DNA of 48,602 nt from a virus. Lineage: Duplodnaviria; Caudoviricetes. The notes beneath the pieces were generated by a model, which was not told where the DNA came from, ran no database searches, and saw only the letters and a program-made list of their open reading frames with translations. Of this stretch, positions 27,672-36,618 are shown in pieces. Positions within the stretch are counted from its first letter, which is position 1. The number at the start of each line of letters is the position of its first letter. Both the position numbers and the translations under genes were made by a program. The stretch covers positions 1-48,602 of the IMG/VR virus record IMGVR_UViG_3300014208_000011, one strand, 5' to 3'.

Positions 27672-27753
27672 GTATGCTAAGATAAATATATAATTAACTT
27701 GTCACTGGAAACGGGCACCTTTCTGACAAGTTGGGTGCCCCTTTTTGGGAAAA
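27655..27753 (+). promoter_or_regulatory. Promoter plus pseudoknot-like leader motif of an HNH gene, copy 2
   Basis: TTGCAA-17 nt-TAAGAT; AACTTGTCA/TGACAAGTT interleaved with GGGCACC/GGTGCCC, then TTTTTGGGAAAA. Confidence 0.65.
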
Positions 27754-27758
27754 CTAAT

Positions 27759-28343
27759 ATGTCTAAGCATTCTTATTTTCAGAAGAAAAAATGTATAGTG
27801 TGCAATAAGCTAATTACAAATGAAGCAACTAACTGCAAGAAACACAGACCAGTAACCTGGGCTAGTAAGGTTAAAGAGTCTCTAGCAAGAGAAGATGTAA
27901 AAGATAAAATGCGAGTTGCGAAAAAAGGAAAAACTTATGACAAAGCTAACAGTTGGAAAGGTGATAAGTGTGGTTACGCTGCAAAGCATGTTTCAGTTAA
28001 GTCACAAGTAGGAAATCCTAAGAAATGTAAGCACTGTGGAAAGGTTGGAGAGAAAGCCAACGGAAGGTGGAACGTGCACTGGGCTAATGTAAGTGGAGAG
28101 TACAAGAGAGAAGCAGAAGATTACATAGGTTTGTGCAGAAAGTGTCACTATTGGTTTGATAGAAGTAGAAAACCGTATACTCCAAAATGGAGAGTGATGA
28201 TTGAGTTCAATGGGGAGAGAAAAAGCTTAACTGAGTGGGCTAACTACATTGGAATCAGTAAAAGTACGCTAAGCGCAAGAATTAATCGGTATGGGATTCC
28301 ATTGGAAAGGGCGCTAAGTAGCAAGAAACAGCATGACTGTTAA
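27759..28343 (+). CDS. Free-standing HNH-like homing endonuclease with C-terminal HTH
   Basis: WKGDKCGYAAKH, CKHC, HWAN, YIGLCRKCH and SLTEWA..GI..STL..R motifs. Confidence 0.8.
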   Translation: MSKHSYFQKKKCIVCNKLITNEATNCKKHRPVTWASKVKESLAREDVKDKMRVAKKGKTYDKANSWKGDKCGYAAKHVSVKSQVGNPKKCKHCGKVGEKANGRWNVHWANVSGEYKREAEDYIGLCRKCHYWFDRSRKPYTPKWRVMIEFNGERKSLTEWANYIGISKSTLSARINRYGIPLERALSSKKQHDC

Positions 28344-28507
28344 TACTATGAATATAATCAAGCAGTAAATAAATTTAAAACATATGAAAACTCTCGCGTG
28401 GATAATGTTAATAGGATTGCTTCTGTGGTTGGTAACGATATTTCCAATACTCTTGCTTATTGGTGCTATTTGGATGTTAATCGCTTATCTTTCATCGGAA
28501 TACTAGT

Positions 28508-28993
28508 ATGGTAAAGCTGTACCGGGATGATGACCCGAACGTGTATACCGATGCTTTTGAGTTCAAGAAACTTCATCAGCATTTTATCGACCGCAAAGAA
28601 GTCCACACGGTAGCGGTGATTATGAAGGACTTGTGGGAGAATCACGCGCTTTTTTACTACCTAGCTACTGCTCCCTATCTTGAAATAGGCTTGCATGGTT
28701 GGGAACATAAGGATTACAGCCTTCTATCGTATGAAGAGTGCTATGAAGACCTTAAGAAAGCAAAGGAATACTGGCAAACAAATTCTATCCGAATGGTAGG
28801 ATATACCAAGCCAATAGCCACTTTCTTCGCACCATGGAATCATGAAGGAGAGAACATAAAGAAGGCTTGCAATGATCTATCCCTTGATTTTTGTAACGTA
28901 AAAAAAGGAGAATGGAACGGGAAAGATGTTCGGTCGTTTCACCATTGGTATTTGGAGCTTAATCCGCAGGATATTCCTAAATTGTTCAAATAA
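28508..28993 (+). CDS. Polysaccharide deacetylase-like (CE4/NodB fold)
   Basis: YRDDD, EIGLHGWEH, FFAPWN and FHHW motifs. Confidence 0.8.
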   Translation: MVKLYRDDDPNVYTDAFEFKKLHQHFIDRKEVHTVAVIMKDLWENHALFYYLATAPYLEIGLHGWEHKDYSLLSYEECYEDLKKAKEYWQTNSIRMVGYTKPIATFFAPWNHEGENIKKACNDLSLDFCNVKKGEWNGKDVRSFHHWYLELNPQDIPKLFK

Positions 28994-29076
28994 TATGAAA
29001 ATATTCCTGTTTATTTTAATGATGGTATCTGTATGTATAACAAGTGGTTTAATTGGTGCTCAATTATACAAAATGT

Positions 29077-29898
29077 ATGAAAATCCTTCTTGTACACAAC
29101 AATAAAATGCGTTGGGCGGATACCTTCCGCGCCGAGGAGTTCAAGAAACACTGGACTACTGACGAAGTCGATATCGTCAACCGATGGAATCTTCCTGATG
29201 GATCAAAATACGATGTCATTCACTTTCTGTACAGCGGTGGAATCACGAAATCAAAGGACTATATCCTGAAAAACAAGGAGAAGGTGTTCACGTCTTTGGC
29301 GTCTCAAAGGACATTTGATTTTATGTTTGACACGAAAGAAGACTTGATCGAGGTGTACTCGCAAACACGGTGCTGTGTGGCTCAAAACAGACAACTGCTA
29401 GAGAGTTACAAGAAAATTGTCGGAAAGGACAATGTTGTGTACATACCAAACGGCGTTGATGAGAATCTGTTTAAGCCTGAGTTCGTTGCCGGATTCGTCG
29501 GAGCGAAGGACAGTTGGGAGCATAAAGGGTACCATATAGCGAAACAAGCCTGTGATGATTTGGGAATACGATTTGAAGTCGCCAAAGAGCACGATTATGA
29601 CCACGAAACTATGCCTGAGTTTTACAAGAAAATAGATGTTTTGCTGATACCGAGTTTAAGCGAAGGATGCCACAACCCAACGCTTGAGGCTTTGGCTATG
29701 AATATACCGGTCATTTCTACGGATGTCGGTATCGCGGACGAATTGGATGGTGTTTTTTTAGTGGAACGAAACATTCCTATGATAAAAGAAGGTTTACGAT
29801 TCTTTAAAGATAGGTCGCAAATACTCGGGAATGAACAGGTACTTGAAGAATATACCTGGAAAAATATATCCGATCAATATAGAAAGCTTTATGTGTAG
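29077..29898 (+). CDS. Glycosyltransferase family 4 (GT-B)
   Basis: YIPNGVD, KG, PSLSEG...LEALAMNIPVISTDVG and YTWK motifs. Confidence 0.9.
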   Translation: MKILLVHNNKMRWADTFRAEEFKKHWTTDEVDIVNRWNLPDGSKYDVIHFLYSGGITKSKDYILKNKEKVFTSLASQRTFDFMFDTKEDLIEVYSQTRCCVAQNRQLLESYKKIVGKDNVVYIPNGVDENLFKPEFVAGFVGAKDSWEHKGYHIAKQACDDLGIRFEVAKEHDYDHETMPEFYKKIDVLLIPSLSEGCHNPTLEALAMNIPVISTDVGIADELDGVFLVERNIPMIKEGLRFFKDRSQILGNEQVLEEYTWKNISDQYRKLYV

Positions 29899-31096
29899 TT
29901 TTTTGGCGTACAAGCACAAAGGGAACAACGAACTTATCCAAAAAAGGGGTCCGGATTTTACCAACACCATTACGGTAAACGGTCTCAATTTTACGCATAA
30001 TCTTTTAGCGGTAACGGGTGTGCCAACAGCACAACCGTTTGTAGACAAAGAGATAGTAGTTGTTTACTCAGGAGAGATATACAATCATCCATTTGCAAAA
30101 AGCGATGGAGAGAATATCATACCTCTGTATAAGAAGCACGGACTCCTGTTCGCGAATGAACTTGATGGTGAGTTCGCTATCGCTCTATACGACTTCAAAA
30201 CGAATATAGCGCTCTTCGTTACGGATAGGTTCGGAACCAAACCGTTGTGGCGAAGCGGAATCGAGTGCGCCAGCTATCGAAGCGGAGTCGGAGGCAGAGA
30301 GATTGAACCGAACACCGTTGAATGTGTGCAAATTTCGACGGAGAAGGAGCTTTTCAGACAAAACTACCACCAATGGGACTGGAACCAGTATAAAGACTCC
30401 TACGACGATTTTTTGAGTGCTTTTGAACGTTCCATACAGAAGCGAGCAACCCGACGCTGTTTTCTAGGATTATCGTCCGGATATGACTCGGGTGCCATCT
30501 GTCATGAACTCGTCAAACAAGGAGCAAACTTCAAGGCTTTCTCCATATTGAACAATGAGAACATCAATGTTATTCTTCAAAGAGGAAAGACTGCTTATGA
30601 GTTCGATAAGATAACCGTGTCAAAGGATGAAGACTTGCTCAAAGACGTGGAAGATATAGAGTACATACGAGCTGGAGAGAAGTCGGTCAAAGAAGACAAA
30701 GCGTCCTACGGTTTGGCATCTATATGCAAGCAGGCGAAAAGAGAGGGAAGGAAAGTATATCTGAGCGGACAGGGCGCGGACGAGATTATAGGAGATTATA
30801 AGCTCTATCCGAAACAAAGTGCTTTCAAAGGGATATTCCCTAAAGAATTGAAAGAGTGGGAAAGCTTTTCCGGAGGACTGCAAAGAGATTACATCCACAA
30901 AGAAGAACATGTCGCCGGTGCATACGGCATAGAGACACGGTATCCGTTCCTTGATACCGACGTCGTCCAAGAGTTTCTCTGGCTCAAACAGGAACTTAAG
31001 AACAGGAATTACAAAGCACCGATCTATGAGTATTTAATAAAAAATCATGTCCCATTTGATAAAGAAGTTAAAAGAGGATTCCGACCTTTCGCATAA
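29891..31096 (+). CDS. Asparagine synthetase B-like glutamine amidotransferase
   Basis: N-terminal Cys2 (MCSF), RGPD, QP, GEIYN, LDGEFA, DRFGTKPL, LSSGYDS, LSGQGADE and RYPFLD motifs. Confidence 0.9.
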   Translation: MCSFLAYKHKGNNELIQKRGPDFTNTITVNGLNFTHNLLAVTGVPTAQPFVDKEIVVVYSGEIYNHPFAKSDGENIIPLYKKHGLLFANELDGEFAIALYDFKTNIALFVTDRFGTKPLWRSGIECASYRSGVGGREIEPNTVECVQISTEKELFRQNYHQWDWNQYKDSYDDFLSAFERSIQKRATRRCFLGLSSGYDSGAICHELVKQGANFKAFSILNNENINVILQRGKTAYEFDKITVSKDEDLLKDVEDIEYIRAGEKSVKEDKASYGLASICKQAKREGRKVYLSGQGADEIIGDYKLYPKQSAFKGIFPKELKEWESFSGGLQRDYIHKEEHVAGAYGIETRYPFLDTDVVQEFLWLKQELKNRNYKAPIYEYLIKNHVPFDKEVKRGFRPFA

Positions 31097-31928
31097 GGTG
31101 ATCATATTTGGCGGTGAAGGATTCGTCGGGAAACACATGAGAAAGTCCATAGACGGGTATGTTTATGATTTGGTAAACGGAGACGATATCCGTGATCGGT
31201 TCAAGCTCGACCGTCTTTTCGAATCGGAAGGATTCGACACGGTCATAAACCTAGCCGCGCGCGCAGGAGTAAGAAGAGGTGAAGATTTCCCGGAAGAATA
31301 CTTCTCTACGAACGTTATAGGACTCAACAATCTTATCGAGGTATCGGAGAAATACGGTGTCAAAAAGTTCGTTCATTTCTCAAGCTCTTCGGTGTTCGGC
31401 GTTCAAGGAGAAAACGGAACCAAAGAAGACGAAGAAAAGAAACCGAAATCTATCTATGGCATTACAAAACTTGCTGGAGAATTACTGCTTGAAAAGTCGA
31501 GACTCGATTATGTTATCGTGCGACCGTTCACGATCGTCGGAGAGAACGGGAGAAAGGAAATGGTCGTTTATAAGTGGCTCAATCAGATCAAGTCCGGAAA
31601 GAAAGCGTCTTTTTACGGAGACGGGACGACGTATCGAGGATACACGTATGTCGAAGACATCGTGGACGCCGTGAGACTGATACTTGCAAACAAATCAGTG
31701 AAACGCGAGACGTTCAACATCGGAGGAAATTCCATAGTGACACTCGAAGAATTATGGCATGTATTCAAGGAAATTTACCCTCATGCCGAAAGAGAGATGC
31801 TTCCTATGCCAGTTACCGATCAGGTAGGAAGTTTCGCAGATACATCCAAGTTAAAAGACATTATCGGATGGTTCCCTAGAACGGACGTCAAGCAAAAGAT
31901 TAAGGAAATAATAACAGAAGAATTATGA
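31047..31928 (+). CDS. NAD-dependent nucleotide-sugar epimerase/dehydratase
   Basis: GGEGFVG, NLAARAGVR, FSSSSVFG, YGITK and R.YTYVEDIV motifs; UDP-glucuronate epimerase-like. Confidence 0.9.
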   Translation: MSHLIKKLKEDSDLSHKVIIFGGEGFVGKHMRKSIDGYVYDLVNGDDIRDRFKLDRLFESEGFDTVINLAARAGVRRGEDFPEEYFSTNVIGLNNLIEVSEKYGVKKFVHFSSSSVFGVQGENGTKEDEEKKPKSIYGITKLAGELLLEKSRLDYVIVRPFTIVGENGRKEMVVYKWLNQIKSGKKASFYGDGTTYRGYTYVEDIVDAVRLILANKSVKRETFNIGGNSIVTLEELWHVFKEIYPHAEREMLPMPVTDQVGSFADTSKLKDIIGWFPRTDVKQKIKEIITEEL

Positions 31929-32725
31929 TAAAGCTATCAGTTGTGATTCCTTCATACAAGGATCCGTATCTCAACAAGACTATAATGGATCTCTTGGAAA
32001 ACTCCGAACTCGGAGACGCTCTTGAGATTGTGGTTGTGTGTGATGGCTATTGGTGCACTCCTATCGACGATAAACGCGTTCGTTACGTTCATTTGGGACA
32101 GAATCGAGGCATGAGAGGAGCTATCAATGCCGGAGTCGCTGTCGCTCGCGGTGAGTTCTTCATGAGATTGGATGAGCACTGTAGTTTCGGTCAAGGGTTC
32201 GACAAAATTCTTACCGACGCATGCAAAGAGAACGAGGTCATGACTGCAGTACGATATTTCTTGAACCCTGAGACATGGACGGTGATGGACTTGGAGCCTG
32301 TCTATCATGAGAGATTGGATATCGTGAATGTGAGCGAAGGAGTTCGAAAGTTTCACGGAAAAACATGGAAGAAACGCGACGAGGAGCAGAAAGATGTGAT
32401 GGTTTCAGAGACTCTCGCCATGCAAGGATCGATGTGGATCGCTCATCGTGAGTTTTTCCTGAAGACAGTCGGGGAGTTGCAAACAGAAGGCTATGGTCCA
32501 TTGATTCAGGACTCGGTGGAAGTGTGCATGAAATACTGGAATGCTGGTGGAAGACTCATGCTTAATAAAAACACTTGGTTCGCACACAAGCACCGCTCAT
32601 TCAAACGCACGCACAACAACGGAACCGCTGAGAATCCGGCAAAGTGTGAAGATGGATACACCTACGCTTTGCAACAGTGGGAAAAGTATTATACTGATGT
32701 AATTCGCCCTAAGTGGAACATATAA
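31925..32725 (+). CDS. GT-A glycosyltransferase, ppGalNAc-T-like paralog 1
   Basis: LSVVIPS, LDEHC (DxH), QGSMW and KYWNAGGRL...WFAH motifs. Confidence 0.8.
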   Translation: MIKLSVVIPSYKDPYLNKTIMDLLENSELGDALEIVVVCDGYWCTPIDDKRVRYVHLGQNRGMRGAINAGVAVARGEFFMRLDEHCSFGQGFDKILTDACKENEVMTAVRYFLNPETWTVMDLEPVYHERLDIVNVSEGVRKFHGKTWKKRDEEQKDVMVSETLAMQGSMWIAHREFFLKTVGELQTEGYGPLIQDSVEVCMKYWNAGGRLMLNKNTWFAHKHRSFKRTHNNGTAENPAKCEDGYTYALQQWEKYYTDVIRPKWNI

Positions 32726-32726
32726 T

Positions 32727-33431
32727 ATGGAACTCAAAGACCTCATTACGATATTTTATTGTTCAAGCAATCGTGAGAAGCCTGAATTCGAACAGCGGAT
32801 TATAGATAACATCCGAAAACATTGCGGTGACTTGCCTATCATTTCCGTGACGCAAAAGCCGATTGATTTCGGAACGAATATCTGTGTTGGTGATACTGTT
32901 GGAGTTTCAGGTTTCAACTTCTTCAAGCAATCCCTTATCGCTTTGCAGAATATCAAAACACCGTTTGCTTTGTCGTGTGAGGCAGACACGGTATATCCTC
33001 CGGATTACTTTACATTCGTACCTGAAAGACTGGATATGTGCTACAGGGACAAGAATCTCTTTGTAATGGGACAGCACAGGAATTACTTCTACAAAAAAGA
33101 AGAAGGAGCCACGCACGCGCAGATAGTCGGAACGGAATTCTACCGAAAAACTTTGGAAAAACTGTTCGAAGGAGAACCCGAATGGGATTACAATGAGGAG
33201 CAGAAGAATTTCCCGAAAGAAAAGTTCCATAAAAAAGGAGAGGACGTATTTAAAAAGGAAGAAATAGCATTTTACGAGACGGAAAACCCCGTTGTTCAGA
33301 TAAAAACAAGTCAATCAATGCGACATCACACACATAGCTCAAGGGTTCCTATTTATTCTCTCCCTTTTTGGGGTTCAGGAATGGATTTCAGAAAGAAGTT
33401 TTACGAATTAAGCACAGGTGAAAAACACTAA
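32727..33431 (+). CDS. Divergent GT-A-like protein
   Basis: IFYCSSN, ISVTQKPIDFG and CEADTVYP; N-terminal half is paralogous to 35863-36618. Confidence 0.6.
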   Translation: MELKDLITIFYCSSNREKPEFEQRIIDNIRKHCGDLPIISVTQKPIDFGTNICVGDTVGVSGFNFFKQSLIALQNIKTPFALSCEADTVYPPDYFTFVPERLDMCYRDKNLFVMGQHRNYFYKKEEGATHAQIVGTEFYRKTLEKLFEGEPEWDYNEEQKNFPKEKFHKKGEDVFKKEEIAFYETENPVVQIKTSQSMRHHTHSSRVPIYSLPFWGSGMDFRKKFYELSTGEKH

Positions 33432-33432
33432 T

Positions 33433-34167
33433 ATGAAACAACTCCTTATATTCCTTCACCCTTCGAAAGGTTTCAACGACGAAACGGAGAAACTGGCGAA
33501 GATACAGATCGACAACAGCTTCGAACTCGGATGGAAAGCCGAAGATACTATCGTCATTACCAATTTTCCATACGAGTACCGAGGTGTAAAGGCTCTCGAA
33601 GTCGGTGATGAGAACTTCAGCCGTATCATTCCTCAGTGTACGAAGATTGACACTGTCTGCACGCTTTTCGATCAAGGATTTTTCAAGGAAGGAGAACTAT
33701 ACTGGGCGCATGATTTCGACGCTGTGCAAAATGCTGTTATCACGGAAGAAGAACTCGAACTCGGTGAAAGAATGGGATTCACCGATTACGGACGACACGA
33801 CAGGTGGAATGGCGGGTCATATTTTTTCAGAAGCACGGACGGAGACTTTTTCAGGAAGACAAAGAAACTCATGTATGACAGGAATATCAACGAGGAAGAC
33901 GCCTGGATGGTGATGATGAAAGAAGAGCCTGAATATATGGAAAAGAACTTGAAGCGTCTCAACATTTCATATAACTTCGGTATCAAACAGATGGAATTGT
34001 GTTATAATAAATCTATCAAACCGGTCAAGGTACTCCACTTTCATCCTGACAGGGTGTATCGAGGATGGGGACGTGCTATGGAGATAGTGAAAGGAAAGAA
34101 TGAAATCAATCAAGTGCTTATGCTCGAAAGACTGATACAAATTTTTAAGAAGCATGGTTATGAATAA
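33433..34167 (+). CDS. Glycosyltransferase-like protein (GT8-like)
   Basis: HDFD (DxD), WNGGSYFF, LNISYN and VLHF motifs. Confidence 0.6.
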   Translation: MKQLLIFLHPSKGFNDETEKLAKIQIDNSFELGWKAEDTIVITNFPYEYRGVKALEVGDENFSRIIPQCTKIDTVCTLFDQGFFKEGELYWAHDFDAVQNAVITEEELELGERMGFTDYGRHDRWNGGSYFFRSTDGDFFRKTKKLMYDRNINEEDAWMVMMKEEPEYMEKNLKRLNISYNFGIKQMELCYNKSIKPVKVLHFHPDRVYRGWGRAMEIVKGKNEINQVLMLERLIQIFKKHGYE

Positions 34168-34735
34168 CGCTATCGAAGACTTAAATAACCTTCCCGTAAA
34201 AAGTCGCCGAAGAGTATGGCGCGCGTTTATGGAAAAGTATGATTGCCAAAAGATAGCCGAAATAGGTGTGTTTCAAGGACAAAATTTTGAGTTAATGGTT
34301 GCGCATAATCCTGAACTCGCCGTAGGAGTGGATGTATGGCGCGAGGACGGCATCCCCGGGCAAAATGATGCCGATTTACCGCAGGAAGAATTGGACGCCA
34401 TGTACAGGCATTTAGAGCATAAATACATCAACAACAAAAACGTCAAACTTATCCGAGATTACACGGTAAAAGCGGCTGAATTATTTGAAGACGAATCTCT
34501 GGATTTGATCTACATCGATGCAAACCATACGTATGAAGGCGCAAAAGCGGATATTGAAGCTTGGTATACAAAAGTTAAGAAAGGCGGTTTTGTAACTGGA
34601 GATGATTATTGGGATCGTATGTCACCAAAAAGACATGTACGATTCGGAGTGGTACGAGCTGTCAATGAATTTGCAGAAAAGAACGGATTAACGGTACACC
34701 CCTTGACACTGCACGGGTGGGTTATACTAAAATGA
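34160..34735 (+). CDS. Class I SAM methyltransferase (Methyltransf_24 type)
   Basis: AEIGVFQG, GVDVW, LDLIYIDANHTYE and VKKGGFVTGDDY motifs. Confidence 0.88.
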   Translation: MNNAIEDLNNLPVKSRRRVWRAFMEKYDCQKIAEIGVFQGQNFELMVAHNPELAVGVDVWREDGIPGQNDADLPQEELDAMYRHLEHKYINNKNVKLIRDYTVKAAELFEDESLDLIYIDANHTYEGAKADIEAWYTKVKKGGFVTGDDYWDRMSPKRHVRFGVVRAVNEFAEKNGLTVHPLTLHGWVILK

Positions 34736-35232
34736 TCATAGGACACGGAGACATTTCATCAGTACTTCCAGAAAGAGATGACCTCTTATTCTTTGCCAGT
34801 GGCGTTTCTAATTCAAGAGAAGATAGAGAAAGCGAGTATACAAGGGAGATAGATTTACTGCACGCTCAAGATAGAGATAAACACATCGTGTATTTCAGCT
34901 CTCTGTGTGTTTTCGATAAAAAAAGTCGATACTCACAGCATAAAAGACGAATGGAATTGATGATATCTATCATTTTTGAAACATATACCATTATAAGAAT
35001 TGGCAATATAACATGGGGGAGCAACACCAACACGATCATAAACTTCCTGAAAGACAAAATACAGAAAGGAGAGCAGTACACCGTCGAAGATGTTTATCGT
35101 CATATTCTTTCCAAAGAAGAATTTCTGTACTGGATAGACAGGATACCATCATGGTCGTGCGAAATGAATATCCCGGGAAAAATGATGATGGTATCGGAAA
35201 TAGTTGAATCCATTAAAAAAGGAGAATTATGA
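34732..35232 (+). CDS. Short NAD-dependent epimerase/reductase-like protein
   Basis: MIIGHGDI, FFASGVSNS, VYFSS and YSQHK motifs. Confidence 0.7.
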   Translation: MIIGHGDISSVLPERDDLLFFASGVSNSREDRESEYTREIDLLHAQDRDKHIVYFSSLCVFDKKSRYSQHKRRMELMISIIFETYTIIRIGNITWGSNTNTIINFLKDKIQKGEQYTVEDVYRHILSKEEFLYWIDRIPSWSCEMNIPGKMMMVSEIVESIKKGEL

Positions 35233-35861
35233 ACAAAAAAGACTTAAAACCTGGATCGCCTTATTGGATACCAAACGTCAATCGAGCGGATTTGCCGGAG
35301 TTCTTCAAGTCTCTAGGATTCAAGAAAGGCGTCGAGATTGGGGTTTCTTGGGCGCAGAACATTATCGGATACTGTGAGGCAGGGTTCGAGATTTACGGCG
35401 TTGATCCGTGGGACGCTCACACCGATGAAGATGAGTTTCGTAAACTGGTCAGTATTGACGGAAAATACGGAAGTACGGTTGACGGCGTGTACCGCTTAGC
35501 AAAAGAACGCACGGAGAAATATCCGAACTGCAAACTGATGAAAATGACATCTATCGAGGCTCTGGATTATTTCCCGGATAGGAGTTTGGATTTTGTGTAC
35601 ATAGACGCAAACCACTCTTTCGGATATGTGGCTATGGATTTGATGAAATGGAACAGAAAGGTAAAAAAAGGTGGAATCATAGCCGGGCATGACTACTTTT
35701 CTCACAATCCTAGAACCCAAAGACAACTGAGAGGTATTGGAAATATCGTCGAGGCTTTCGCAAAGACATACGATTTCAAAGATTGGTATGTATTAGGAAG
35801 CAAAGAACGAAAAGAAGGAGAGGACAGTGAGCTATCGTTTATGTTTATTAAACACTGGTAA
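35229..35861 (+). CDS. Class I SAM methyltransferase (Methyltransf_24 type), second copy
   Basis: VEIGV, GVDPW, LDFVYIDANHSF and VKKGGIIAGHDY motifs. Confidence 0.88.
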   Translation: MNKKDLKPGSPYWIPNVNRADLPEFFKSLGFKKGVEIGVSWAQNIIGYCEAGFEIYGVDPWDAHTDEDEFRKLVSIDGKYGSTVDGVYRLAKERTEKYPNCKLMKMTSIEALDYFPDRSLDFVYIDANHSFGYVAMDLMKWNRKVKKGGIIAGHDYFSHNPRTQRQLRGIGNIVEAFAKTYDFKDWYVLGSKERKEGEDSELSFMFIKHW

Positions 35862-35862
35862 T

Positions 35863-36618
35863 ATGCTTAAATCAGCCATTTTTTATACAAGCAATAAAAT
35901 AAACAACCCCATACGAGGCGCTGTGAGGCGTTTTATTCAAGAGGCTGGCATCCATGTAACCTCTGTGTCGCTCAAAACCATTCCGTTTGGTGATAAGCGT
36001 ATCGTTTTGGAAGGACGTCAGCCAAGCTACCCCACCTATCTCTATCAGATTGTGACAGCTTTGGAAAACGCTCCAGGGAAGTATGTCTTCTTTTGTGAGC
36101 ATGATGTCCTCTATTCAAAATCACATTTTGACTTTACACCGCCTAAAGACGATGTTTTTTATTACAATGAGAATGTGTGGCGGTGGAAATTGCACGATTT
36201 CAAACTAGTAACCTATGAAAAGATGAGACCTCTTTCGTGTCTTGTTGTTAATCGAGAGTTTGCATTAGAGCATTATAAACGAAGGGTAAAGGCTATGGAG
36301 GATATGGGGATGGATGAGTTCCGGAGCAGAGAGCCAAGAATGGGACGAGTATGGGGGTATGAGCCCGGGACTAAAAAGAAACGAAATGGAGGATTTTCCG
36401 ATGATGTGTGTGAGATGTTCCGATCCGAACTGCCCAATATAGACATACGACATAATAGAGCTTTCACGAGTCCGAAATGCGATAAGGTTGATTTCAAGCA
36501 TGTTCCGGATAATTGGCAAGAAGTCAGTGCGGATGAAGTCCCCGGATGGGATTTGCGAGATATTTTTAAACAAGGGATGGAAAACCATTCGATTCATTAT
36601 AAAAAGTTTTATGAATAA
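35863..36618 (+). CDS. Divergent GT-A-like protein
   Basis: IFYTSN, SVSLKTIPFG, VFFCEHDVLY and IDIRH motifs. Confidence 0.65.
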   Translation: MLKSAIFYTSNKINNPIRGAVRRFIQEAGIHVTSVSLKTIPFGDKRIVLEGRQPSYPTYLYQIVTALENAPGKYVFFCEHDVLYSKSHFDFTPPKDDVFYYNENVWRWKLHDFKLVTYEKMRPLSCLVVNREFALEHYKRRVKAMEDMGMDEFRSREPRMGRVWGYEPGTKKKRNGGFSDDVCEMFRSELPNIDIRHNRAFTSPKCDKVDFKHVPDNWQEVSADEVPGWDLRDIFKQGMENHSIHYKKFYE

